A stretch of 17,228 bases of DNA. Origin: a candidate division WOR-3 bacterium. GTDB taxonomy: Bacteria > Hydrothermota > Hydrothermia > Hydrothermales > Hydrothermaceae. The stretch covers positions 1 to 17,228 of the forward strand of contig JBDRZD010000041.1 of NCBI GenBank assembly GCA_039803745.1, written 5' to 3'. The notes below the pieces were generated by a model, which worked only from the letters and a program-made list of their open reading frames with translations, searched no databases and had not been told where the DNA came from. Made by a program: the position numbers and the translations under genes. The first letter of the stretch is position 1. Each line of letters opens with the position of its first letter. Below are positions 1 through 8,053 of this stretch, in pieces.

Positions 1-318
1 ATAAAACCTGAGATAATAAATTTTGAAGAAAGAAAATTAAAAATAGGAATATTTCATATTGGAAATTTAATGCTTGAAATAATATCACCGATGGAGGGAG
101 AGGAAACTGTTTCAAAATTTATTGAAAAAAGAGGAGGAGGAATTCACCATATTGCTTTTGAAGTTGAAAATGCCGAAGAAAAATTTAAAGAACTTGAAAG
201 TAAAGGATTTAAAATAGTTCAGGGTATAAGAAAGGGTGTAAAAAGTAAAAAAGTCTTTTTTCTTGATCCAAAAACAACAGGTAAAGTTTTAATTGAAATT
301 GTTGAGAAAGAGTATTAA
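1..318 (+). CDS. mce: Methylmalonyl-CoA epimerase (VOC/glyoxalase superfamily), 5'-truncated by the window edge
   Basis: Frame is open from base 1 (IKPEIINFEERKLKIGIFHIGNLMLEII...), so the ATG at 70 is internal. Motifs LEIISP, KFIEKRGGGIHHIAFEV and FFLDPKTTGKVLIEIVE are typical of MMCE. Confidence 0.8.
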   Translation: MKPEIINFEERKLKIGIFHIGNLMLEIISPMEGEETVSKFIEKRGGGIHHIAFEVENAEEKFKELESKGFKIVQGIRKGVKSKKVFFLDPKTTGKVLIEIVEKEY

Positions 319-1538
319 GGGGTAATTTTTAATACAGTAAAATTTTTAAGATATCTATTTGCAACTTCTTTAATTTTCTCCTTATCAATTTTTTCAATAT
401 TTAAAATAAGCGAATCAATATAATCTGGATTTTGGGTTAAGATATAGGATATAAGAGAATTTAAAATTGTTAAATCAGTTGCAGCATTTCTCAAAAATCT
501 ATATGTCTTAAAAATGTTCAAAACCCCTTTTATTTCTTTATTACTTACCTCTTCATTTTTTATCCTCTCAACTTCTTCCATCATCAATTTCCATGCAGAA
601 TCAGGATAGGAAGAGGAAACATAGAAATATCCATAATTTTTTCTTTTAAAGGGAAAGCCAGCATAAACTGAATAAGAAAGACCTTCCTTTATCCTGACTT
701 TTTCTTCAAACCTATTTGAAAGAATTTCAAGAAGTGCTAAAACATAAATAAAATCTCTATCTTCAATAGAAGGAATTGGAAATTTACAGGCAATATAACT
801 TGTTTTATAATTTGGTTCTTTAAAGTGGAAAAGAGTGTCTCTTGGAATAAAATCTTTTAATTCCCTCAAATTTAATTCTTTTCCAGAAATTTTGCCGAAA
901 CTATCATTTAAAAAGGGTAAAATTTCTTCTTTATCCAATGGACTTGCTATACCTATAATTATCCCGTTTGCATGAAAATTATTCTCAAGAAATTTTTTTA
1001 TATCTTCTATTTTAAATTTTTTCAAGGTATTTATTTTACCTTCAGGTTCAAAATCATAAGGATGATTAAAATAAAAAATTGAATCTAAAAGGGTAAATAG
1101 TTTTTCATCTGGTTCTTCAAGTTTTCTTTTTGCTTTAGAAATCAAAAAATTTCTTACAACCTCAACTCTTTCTTTTTTAAGTTCAGGCTTACTTAGCACT
1201 TCATATAAGAGTTCTATACTTTTTTTAAAACTTTTTAATGGTGATTTAAAGATGATTGCTGAAAAATCATGGGTTGCTATTATTTTCTTTTGAATACCTT
1301 CTTTTATGAGTATTTTTTCAAATTCAGGATAGGGATTTTTCATTGTCCCTTCACATATTGCATTCAAAGAAAAATATTCAATTCCATCCATACCCTTTTC
1401 ATATTTTAAAGAACCATAATTGAAGAAAATGGCAACGCTTGCACAATTTATTCCTTCAATCTTTTTGTATATAACAGGTACTCCATTTTTTAAATAAAAT
1501 ATTTGAGTAAATGAAAAAATTAAAAATAAGATTTTCAT
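315..1538 (-). CDS. M16B (insulinase/pitrilysin) family peptidase, non-catalytic subunit
   Basis: M16 fold cues (LKNGVPV, YFNHPY, VRIKEGLSYSVYA, IKEVANRYL). The HxxEH position is degenerate (GIEYFSLNAICEGT) but the C-terminal R/Y pair is present. ATGA overlap with the upstream paralog. Confidence 0.85.
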   Translation of the reverse strand: MKILFLIFSFTQIFYLKNGVPVIYKKIEGINCASVAIFFNYGSLKYEKGMDGIEYFSLNAICEGTMKNPYPEFEKILIKEGIQKKIIATHDFSAIIFKSPLKSFKKSIELLYEVLSKPELKKERVEVVRNFLISKAKRKLEEPDEKLFTLLDSIFYFNHPYDFEPEGKINTLKKFKIEDIKKFLENNFHANGIIIGIASPLDKEEILPFLNDSFGKISGKELNLRELKDFIPRDTLFHFKEPNYKTSYIACKFPIPSIEDRDFIYVLALLEILSNRFEEKVRIKEGLSYSVYAGFPFKRKNYGYFYVSSSYPDSAWKLMMEEVERIKNEEVSNKEIKGVLNIFKTYRFLRNAATDLTILNSLISYILTQNPDYIDSLILNIEKIDKEKIKEVANRYLKNFTVLKITP

Positions 1539-2797
1539 TCTGGTTCAAGAATTCCAAAAACAAAATTTTTATCTTTAATATATTTTCTCATTAAATCAAT
1601 AATATTTTCCTTTTCAACATTTTTTATTTTTTCTATATAATTTTTAAAATAATCATAGTCTGCTGTGCATAGCCAGAAAGCAAGATTTAGAGCAAATTCC
1701 TGTGGATTCTCTGTTTCTAATTCAAATTTATTCTCAATTACAATTTTTGCTTCCTCTATTAAATTTTCGGGAAACCATTTTTCATCATCACAGGTATTTA
1801 AAAATTCATAAAATTTTTCTTTTGCTTTATAAATATTTTCTTTTTCCATTTCAAACTCAATATAAATTTCACCTGTAGATGGTTTTGTATAATAATTAAA
1901 GGAGGCTGAATTCACAATTCCTGATTCAACAAACTCCCTCTGGAAAGGAGAATGGGCCAAAGAAAAAATTGATGAGATTAAATCAAAAACATATGTATCC
2001 TCTCTTTCATATAATGTTCCTGGACCCTGAAAGATAATAAAAATTCTTGCATTTTCTATCTCTTTGGAATTAATATGAATATATTTTTTTGTCCTCAAGG
2101 GAGGCAATTTTTCTACTTTTTCGTAAAATTTTTTTCCTTTCCATTTTCCAAATATTTTTTTAACAAGTTTTTCTGCCTCATCAAAATCAATATCTCCTGA
2201 AATTATTAAATAAGAGTTCCATGGAGTATAAAACTTTTTAAACTCGTTCAGAAGAATACTTTTATTTGCTCTTAAAATATTCCATTTTGGACCAAGAAGG
2301 TCATCTTTATAAAAATACTCTTCATAAAAAAGTCTTGAAATATCCATATAAAAAGAAGAAACAGGGTCAGAATAGTCTCTATTATATTCATCAAGAACAA
2401 CTTTTCTTTCATTTTCAAGTTCTTTATCATCAAAAATAATACCTGTAATGGCATCATAGACGAAATTTAATCCATCCTTTAATTTATCTTTTGGTAAAGT
2501 ATAATAATAAGTGACATAATTATGGGAAGTTAAACCATTATATAAAATACCAATTTCTCTTGCCCTCTCAATAAATTCTTCTTCATTTTCATATCTCTTA
2601 TTCCCCTTAAAAAACATATGTTCAACAAGATGGAAAATTCCCGCATCCTCTGGAACTTGATACTCTCCCCCTGCCTTAAATGCAAGAACAATTGTAGCAA
2701 TTGGCGAAATTTTATTTTGAATTAAAAAAACATTTAACCCGTTAGAAAGTTCAAAACTTCTGATATTTAAAAAAGAAAAAATTAAAATTTTTAGCAT
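1535..2797 (-). CDS. M16B family zinc peptidase, catalytic subunit
   Basis: LSNGL start, inverted zincin motif GIFHLVEHMFFKG, NGLT, distal Glu in ENERKVVLDE, FYTPWNSYLIISGD. Confidence 0.92.
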   Translation of the reverse strand: MLKILIFSFLNIRSFELSNGLNVFLIQNKISPIATIVLAFKAGGEYQVPEDAGIFHLVEHMFFKGNKRYENEEEFIERAREIGILYNGLTSHNYVTYYYTLPKDKLKDGLNFVYDAITGIIFDDKELENERKVVLDEYNRDYSDPVSSFYMDISRLFYEEYFYKDDLLGPKWNILRANKSILLNEFKKFYTPWNSYLIISGDIDFDEAEKLVKKIFGKWKGKKFYEKVEKLPPLRTKKYIHINSKEIENARIFIIFQGPGTLYEREDTYVFDLISSIFSLAHSPFQREFVESGIVNSASFNYYTKPSTGEIYIEFEMEKENIYKAKEKFYEFLNTCDDEKWFPENLIEEAKIVIENKFELETENPQEFALNLAFWLCTADYDYFKNYIEKIKNVEKENIIDLMRKYIKDKNFVFGILEPE

Positions 2798-2803
2798 TTT
2801 TAA

Positions 2804-2809
2804 ATTATA
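2804..2809 (-). promoter_or_regulatory. Candidate -10 element (TATAAT) of a leaderless transcript for the M16 pair
   Basis: Minus strand reads TATAAT-TTAAAA-ATG: a perfect -10 hexamer 6 nt before the start codon at 2797, with no Shine-Dalgarno. No convincing -35. Confidence 0.45.
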
Positions 2810-2828
2810 AAGGATTTCAAAATCAACA

Positions 2829-2857
2829 TTGAATTATTTTTAAATTTCCTGTATTTT
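2829..2857 (+). promoter_or_regulatory. Candidate sigma70 promoter for htpX
   Basis: TTGAAT (2829-2834), 17-nt spacer, TATTTT (2852-2857). An AAGGAG SD precedes the ATG at 2881. The AT-rich background lowers specificity. Confidence 0.35.
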
Positions 2858-2880
2858 ATATAACTTAAAAAGGAGAGAAG

Positions 2881-3864
2881 ATGTTTGGGCTTAGATTAAA
2901 AATGACAATCTTGTTAATAATATTTTTTGGAATCATTTATGCAGTAATTTCGGTAATTGGATACGCACTCGGGATTCAGAACTTTCTTTTTTACCTTTTC
3001 CTTGCCTTATTCTTTGTATTCTTACAATACCTAATTGGACCTAAAATCGTGGAAATTGTTATGAATGTAAGATATGTGAATGAAAGGGAAGAGCCATGGC
3101 TTCACGAAGTAGTAGAGGAACTTTCAAGAAAGGCTAACATACCAAAACCAAAAGTTGGTATTGCAGAAATAAATGTTCCAAATGCTTTTGCTTTCGGAAG
3201 AAGTTTAAGGGATGGAAGGGTATGTGTCACAAGAGGTATTTTAAGAATTTTAAATAAAAATGAACTAAAAGCAGTTCTGGGACATGAAATTTCTCATTTA
3301 AAACACAGAGATGTAATCTTTATAACCCTTCTTTCTGTTTTGCCACTTCTTTTATATCTCATTGCAAGAAACCTCTTTTTTATGGGAATGTATTCAAGAA
3401 GAAGTGAAAGAGAAAGAGGAAATCTTCCCCTTGTTTTGGTTGGTCTTTTTGCATTTATAATGTATTTTATAACAAACTTACTTGTTTTATATGCCTCAAG
3501 AATAAGGGAATATTTTGCAGATACAGGTTCTGTTAAACTCGGTTCAAGACCATCTCATCTTGCCTCTGCCCTTTATAAACTTGTATATGGAAATGCAAGG
3601 ATAAATAAGGAAGAATTAAAACAATATGAAGGTATAAAGGCGTTCTTCTTAAATGACCCTTCAAGAGCATTAAAAGAAATCAGGGATTTAAGGGAAATAG
3701 ATTTAGATTTAAGTGGAGAAATTGAAGAGGATGAACTTTTAGCCTTAAGGAATAAAAAAGTAAAACTTTCATTTGAAGATAAACTTTTTGAAATTTTATC
3801 AACCCATCCAAATATGTTAAAGAGAATAAAATATTTATCAGAACTTGAAAGAGGAGGTTTTTAA
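2881..3864 (+). CDS. htpX: HtpX membrane zinc metalloprotease (M48 family)
   Basis: Two N-terminal TM helices, PNAFAFG, ELKAVLGHEISH (HExxH), SRIREYFAD, C-terminal STHP..KRI, SD AAGGAG. Confidence 0.95.
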   Translation: MFGLRLKMTILLIIFFGIIYAVISVIGYALGIQNFLFYLFLALFFVFLQYLIGPKIVEIVMNVRYVNEREEPWLHEVVEELSRKANIPKPKVGIAEINVPNAFAFGRSLRDGRVCVTRGILRILNKNELKAVLGHEISHLKHRDVIFITLLSVLPLLLYLIARNLFFMGMYSRRSERERGNLPLVLVGLFAFIMYFITNLLVLYASRIREYFADTGSVKLGSRPSHLASALYKLVYGNARINKEELKQYEGIKAFFLNDPSRALKEIRDLREIDLDLSGEIEEDELLALRNKKVKLSFEDKLFEILSTHPNMLKRIKYLSELERGGF

Positions 3865-4187
3865 TGAGGTTTTTAATTTTATCTTTAATTTTAATTTTGG
3901 GTTGTGTTGTTGTCCATAAACATCCTGGACCACCGCCACATGCAAAGGCTTATGGATACAGAGCAAAATATATCTTCTGGTATTATCCTGCTCTTGAAAT
4001 ATACTATCATCCTGAAAGAGATGTTTACATAATTTTTGAAGGGGGAAAATGGATAGAAGTGAAGGAAAAACCGAAAAATATTGAAATTTTTAATTATGTA
4101 ATTATTGAAACTGATAATGATAAACCATGGATGAACCATTCTTACTATAAAAAGAAATATCCACCTAAAAAAGGGAAGGGTAAATAA
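3864..4187 (+). CDS. Small predicted lipoprotein with His/Pro-rich N-terminus, function unknown
   Basis: Signal peptide and lipobox MRFLILSLILILG-C, then HKHPGPPPHAKAYGYRAK, a Tyr/Trp-rich core and a basic tail PPKKGKGK. TAATG overlap with the htpX stop and a GAGGAGG SD. Confidence 0.75.
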   Translation: MRFLILSLILILGCVVVHKHPGPPPHAKAYGYRAKYIFWYYPALEIYYHPERDVYIIFEGGKWIEVKEKPKNIEIFNYVIIETDNDKPWMNHSYYKKKYPPKKGKGK

Positions 4188-4846
4188 GAAAAGAAATTGT
4201 TGCTCTTATCTCATGTATTTTATTATATATCGAATTTTTTGTTTTAATATTTTTAAAAGTAATTACTAAAGATAAAGGGGGACTTTTTTCTTTCTATAAA
4301 AATCCAGTCATTTTGATTTTTCATTGGATTATTACCATCTCTATCTGGATAATCTGGGAAATTTTTGTAATAAAAATGAATGATAAAGCAAAGATGAGTA
4401 TTTTAAATTTTTCTTTTAAAAGGAATGCGGCTCTATTTTTAATCATTTCAATAATAATTTCTATAATATTTTCAAAGATAATAAGTGGTGAAATAAAAAT
4501 GAAAATATGTTTAGAAAAAATAGGTTTTGAAAAAATGTATGGAAAAACTTGGAGTGTTCCTCTTATAACCTTTCAAATTTTTTATTATTTTTCCGAATTA
4601 TTTTTGGTAAGCATTATATTTTTCGTTTTTCAAAAAATTGGTGAGGAAATTACGAATTTAACTTTTTTACCTTGGGGAGGCATTTTTATAGGGATTTATT
4701 GGGGACTGGCCCATTTCCTTACAGGACATGCAAAAGCCGCTTTTCCTTTATTCATATTTTCAATTTTAATAGGTGTTATTACGCTTCTTGGAAATAAAAA
4801 CTTCTTTATTTTATACTTGTCTTTAATCTTTTTATATATCTTATAA
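4184..4846 (+). CDS. Polytopic membrane protein, possibly a degenerate CPBP/Abi-like intramembrane protease; start uncertain (ATA 4184 or TTG 4313)
   Basis: Several hydrophobic helices. YYFSELF and IYWGLAHF resemble CPBP motifs 1-2, but EExxxR and HxxxN are not intact. The frame is open back to 4184, which adds one more TM helix. Confidence 0.55.
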   Translation: MRKEIVALISCILLYIEFFVLIFLKVITKDKGGLFSFYKNPVILIFHWIITISIWIIWEIFVIKMNDKAKMSILNFSFKRNAALFLIISIIISIIFSKIISGEIKMKICLEKIGFEKMYGKTWSVPLITFQIFYYFSELFLVSIIFFVFQKIGEEITNLTFLPWGGIFIGIYWGLAHFLTGHAKAAFPLFIFSILIGVITLLGNKNFFILYLSLIFLYIL

Positions 4847-4855
4847 GTTTAATCT

Positions 4856-6259
4856 CTATTTATTAACAATATGTATTGCTCTTTTATGGACATTTTCTGC
4901 TGCTTCCATAATTGCTTCACTTAAAGTGGGATGAGGATGAATACATTTGCCTAAATCTTCTGCTCTTATTCTTTTTTCAACTGCAAGGCTTGCTTCCCCT
5001 GCCATAGAAGACGCTTCTGGTCCTAAAATATGGATTCCAACAATCTCATCATTTTCTTCATTTACTATTATTTTCACAAAACCATAAATTTCATCAGATG
5101 CAACTGCTTTACCATTTGCACTGAAAGGAAATTTACCTATTTTTATCTTCAAATTCCTTTGAATTGCTTCCTCTTCAGAAAACCCAACGGTTAAAAGTTC
5201 TGGAATTGTATAAACAACAGCAGGAACTGCAAGAGGCGAATATTCATTTTCAACTCCTGAAATTACCTCGGCAGCAACAATCCCTTCCCTTGAAGCCTTA
5301 TGTGCAAGAAGAGGCATTCCAGCAACATCACCAATTGCAAATATATTCTTAATATTTGTTCTTCTTTTCTTATCAACCTTTATAAATCCCCTGTTATCAA
5401 TCTCAACATTTATATTTTCAAGATTTAATCCTGCCGTATAAGGTTTTCTTCCAACTGCAAGAAGTAAAACATTACCCTCTGCAATTTGTTCTTTATTTTG
5501 AACTTCAACTTTCATCTTTATTTTTCCATTCTCTTTGATTAATTCCTTAGCCTTTGCATTTGTATATATTTTTATGCCTTCTTTTTTTAATATCTTTTCA
5601 AGTTCATCAGCCATCTCCTTATCTATTCCAGGAAGAATCTGCGGCATAAGTTCATATACTTCAACATCACTTCCTAAATTTTTATAAATATAAGCAAATT
5701 CAAGACCTATTGCACCTGCCCCAAGAATAATTAATTTAGAAGGGATAAAAGGAAGAGAGACTGCGTCATCAGAAGTCCATATATATTTCCCATCAGGCTC
5801 AAAACCAGGAATTATAGCAGGATATGAGCCTGTTGCAATTATTATATTTTCTGTTTCAAATATTTTACTTTCACCATCTTCCTTTATCACTTCAACACTA
5901 TTTTCATTTAAAATCTTTGCAAATCCCTTTATCCATTCAACCCCATTTGATTTCCATAAAAACTCAACACCTTTTGTGAGTTTATTTACTGCTTTATCCT
6001 TCCATTTTCTCAAAGTTTCAATATCATAAGAAATATCATCATTTATTTTTAATCCCATTGTCCTTTTTGCATTCTTTATCTTTGATAAAAGATGCGCTGA
6101 ATGAATAAGAGCCTTTGTGGGAATACAGCCAACATTAAGACATACACCACCTATATATTTCTTTTCAACAACAAGAACTTTCCTTTTAAATTGACCAAGC
6201 CTTATTCCTGCCACATATCCACCAGGTCCTGCACCAATCACAATTGCATCATATTTCAT
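4856..6259 (-). CDS. lpdA: Dihydrolipoamide dehydrogenase (E3)
   Basis: FAD motif GAGPGG, redox disulfide GGVCLNVGCIP, NAD motif GAGAIGLE, AIGDV, LAHKA, C-terminal HPHPTLSEA, SD AAGGAG. Confidence 0.95.
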   Translation of the reverse strand: MKYDAIVIGAGPGGYVAGIRLGQFKRKVLVVEKKYIGGVCLNVGCIPTKALIHSAHLLSKIKNAKRTMGLKINDDISYDIETLRKWKDKAVNKLTKGVEFLWKSNGVEWIKGFAKILNENSVEVIKEDGESKIFETENIIIATGSYPAIIPGFEPDGKYIWTSDDAVSLPFIPSKLIILGAGAIGLEFAYIYKNLGSDVEVYELMPQILPGIDKEMADELEKILKKEGIKIYTNAKAKELIKENGKIKMKVEVQNKEQIAEGNVLLLAVGRKPYTAGLNLENINVEIDNRGFIKVDKKRRTNIKNIFAIGDVAGMPLLAHKASREGIVAAEVISGVENEYSPLAVPAVVYTIPELLTVGFSEEEAIQRNLKIKIGKFPFSANGKAVASDEIYGFVKIIVNEENDEIVGIHILGPEASSMAGEASLAVEKRIRAEDLGKCIHPHPTLSEAIMEAAENVHKRAIHIVNK

Positions 6260-6363
6260 AACAAACTCCTTATTTAAAATTGAGTTTTTATTTTAAATTA
6301 TTTCTTATTTAAATTTCTAATAATTAAATTTTGAAAAACTAAAAAGAACTTGATTAATAATAT

Positions 6364-6921
6364 TTATTTACTCCATTCATTTAATCCACAAAATTCTTCA
6401 AATTTCAATCTCTCCGGTCTTTTCTCTTCCCATTTTTTATGTCTTTCAGATAAAATAGGACTTAATTGATCTGCTTTTTTTCCAACTATAATTAAGGTTA
6501 TAACTATCATATCTTTAGGAATTTTTAAAATTTCTTTAACTTTATCTTCATCATAACCAGCTATAGGATGAGCAACAAGATCTAAATCAGTTAATCTTAA
6601 AATTAAAAATGCTGTTGCCATTCCGGTATCAAAAAGATAGTATTCCCTGTTCCCTATAACGCAATCAAATTCTTTTTTAGAAAAAACTGCAATTATCATT
6701 GACGATGCTTTTGCCCAAGAGTTGCCTTCTGGTAAGGTCTCAAATATTTTTTCAAGTACATCTTTTTCATAAACAAAAACAAATCTCCAAGGCTGATTGT
6801 TATAACAGGATGGAGCAAGAGATGCATATCCTGCAATATCTCTTATCATCTCTTCATTTATTTCACAGGGTTTTAACGACCTATAAGCTCTCCTTTTTTC
6901 TATCACTTCTTTTAACTCCAT
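6364..6921 (-). CDS. Nitroreductase-family FMN oxidoreductase
   Basis: RRAYRSL, LAPSCYNNQPWRF, DTGMA, HPIAGYDEDKVKEILKIP, C-terminal ERL, SD AGGAGG. Confidence 0.92.
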   Translation of the reverse strand: MELKEVIEKRRAYRSLKPCEINEEMIRDIAGYASLAPSCYNNQPWRFVFVYEKDVLEKIFETLPEGNSWAKASSMIIAVFSKKEFDCVIGNREYYLFDTGMATAFLILRLTDLDLVAHPIAGYDEDKVKEILKIPKDMIVITLIIVGKKADQLSPILSERHKKWEEKRPERLKFEEFCGLNEWSK

Positions 6922-6933
6922 ATTAGCCTCCTT

Positions 6934-7425
6934 TTAAGGTCCTAAATGAATCATTGGAATTTCTTCATCTTCAAATTTAAGGGCTTTCTCTCTTTCTAAT
7001 TCAAAGAGCCTGTAATGCCCCATTTCCATTGTGGCAATATATAAAAGGGTATTTTTAACTTGGGGGGCGGATTCAAAAAGTTTTGCCATACTTTCATAAA
7101 AATCATATGCTGCCATTTCAGCCTGCATGGCATGCCAGAAAATTTTACTAATCGGTATTTTCTCACTTTTCTCAATTTTAATTTCGGGAACTGGAACAGG
7201 TGTTTTTTCAGGAATTATAATTTCCTTATCTGGAAATTTCTCTTTAAAAAAATGCTCAAAAAACACCCTGTGCCTTTCTTCTTCTTCAGAAAGAAATTTG
7301 AGTTTTGGTTTCAAAAAAGGATTTTTTACCATTTCTGACAATCTTGCATATATGTCCCTTGCTTCTATTTCACTCTTTATTGCAGCAAGGATTATTTCAT
7401 CAAGTTTATATTTACTTAGATCCAT
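6934..7425 (-). CDS. Ferritin-like (rubrerythrin/erythrin-type) diiron protein without a rubredoxin domain
   Basis: Two E...ExxH repeats: KSEIEA...EEERH and QAEMAA...MEMGH. SD AGGAGG. Confidence 0.85.
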   Translation of the reverse strand: MDLSKYKLDEIILAAIKSEIEARDIYARLSEMVKNPFLKPKLKFLSEEEERHRVFFEHFFKEKFPDKEIIIPEKTPVPVPEIKIEKSEKIPISKIFWHAMQAEMAAYDFYESMAKLFESAPQVKNTLLYIATMEMGHYRLFELEREKALKFEDEEIPMIHLGP

Positions 7426-7453
7426 ATTTTCCTCCTTAAAGTTAATTTAAAAA

Positions 7454-8005
7454 TTAATTATTCATTTTTAAAATTTCTTCTATTCTTTTGTAAATCTTTC
7501 TATTACTTGCCAAATTTATTTTTCCAGAAAATTTTTTTATTTTCTCAAAAATCAATTTTTTTTCTTCTAAATAATCTTGTTCATTTAACGGCTTCTCTGC
7601 TTTTAATTTTCTTCCGCCTTCCATAAAACCTTCAGGAAAATAAAGATTTTTTATATAAATAAATTTATTTTTAAAAAGTAAAAAACCCAGCCTTGAAAGA
7701 ACTTCGGGAATACCTTTTTCAAGTTCTTTAAATGTTTCTTCATCAATTTCATATTCTATAAATATTCTGCCTCCGGGTTCCAGATATTCATAAAAGAGAT
7801 CAACTATCCTTTCCTCTAAAATTGAGCCAAAATAATTTTTATTCCTCACACCAAAAATTTCACACCATTCTCTATAATATGGTTTCCTTCCATAAAAAAT
7901 CTTGCAATTGAATAAAGGTTCACCATTTGAATAAAAAAGAAAATTCTCTTCTTCTTTAAATCTACCATCAGAAAGTTTTTCTATTTTTAATTTTTTTTCT
8001 TCCAT
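7454..8005 (-). CDS. DUF1122-like protein of unknown function
   Basis: Motifs KIFYGRKPYYREWCEIF, PGGRIFIEY, SRLGFLL and YFPEGFMEGGRKLKAEKP, which I recognise as DUF1122-like. ATG 8005 has an AAGGA SD, so it is preferred over 8047. Confidence 0.75.
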   Translation of the reverse strand: MEEKKLKIEKLSDGRFKEEENFLFYSNGEPLFNCKIFYGRKPYYREWCEIFGVRNKNYFGSILEERIVDLFYEYLEPGGRIFIEYEIDEETFKELEKGIPEVLSRLGFLLFKNKFIYIKNLYFPEGFMEGGRKLKAEKPLNEQDYLEEKKLIFEKIKKFSGKINLASNRKIYKRIEEILKMNN

Positions 8006-8053
8006 ATTTAATCCTTTTAATAGATTTTCTTTAAATACAAGGAGCATTTTTTA

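Noticed and set aside
6260..6363. AT-only inverted repeat (ATTTAAAAT-N9-ATTTTAAAT) and possible promoter or terminator before lpdA
   Set aside because: Pure A/T arms are expected by chance at this composition; there is no stable hairpin and no unambiguous -35/-10 pair.
8006..8047. Longer start for the DUF1122-like ORF
   Set aside because: ATG 8047 has no SD, whereas ATG 8005 follows AAGGA. Not fully excluded.
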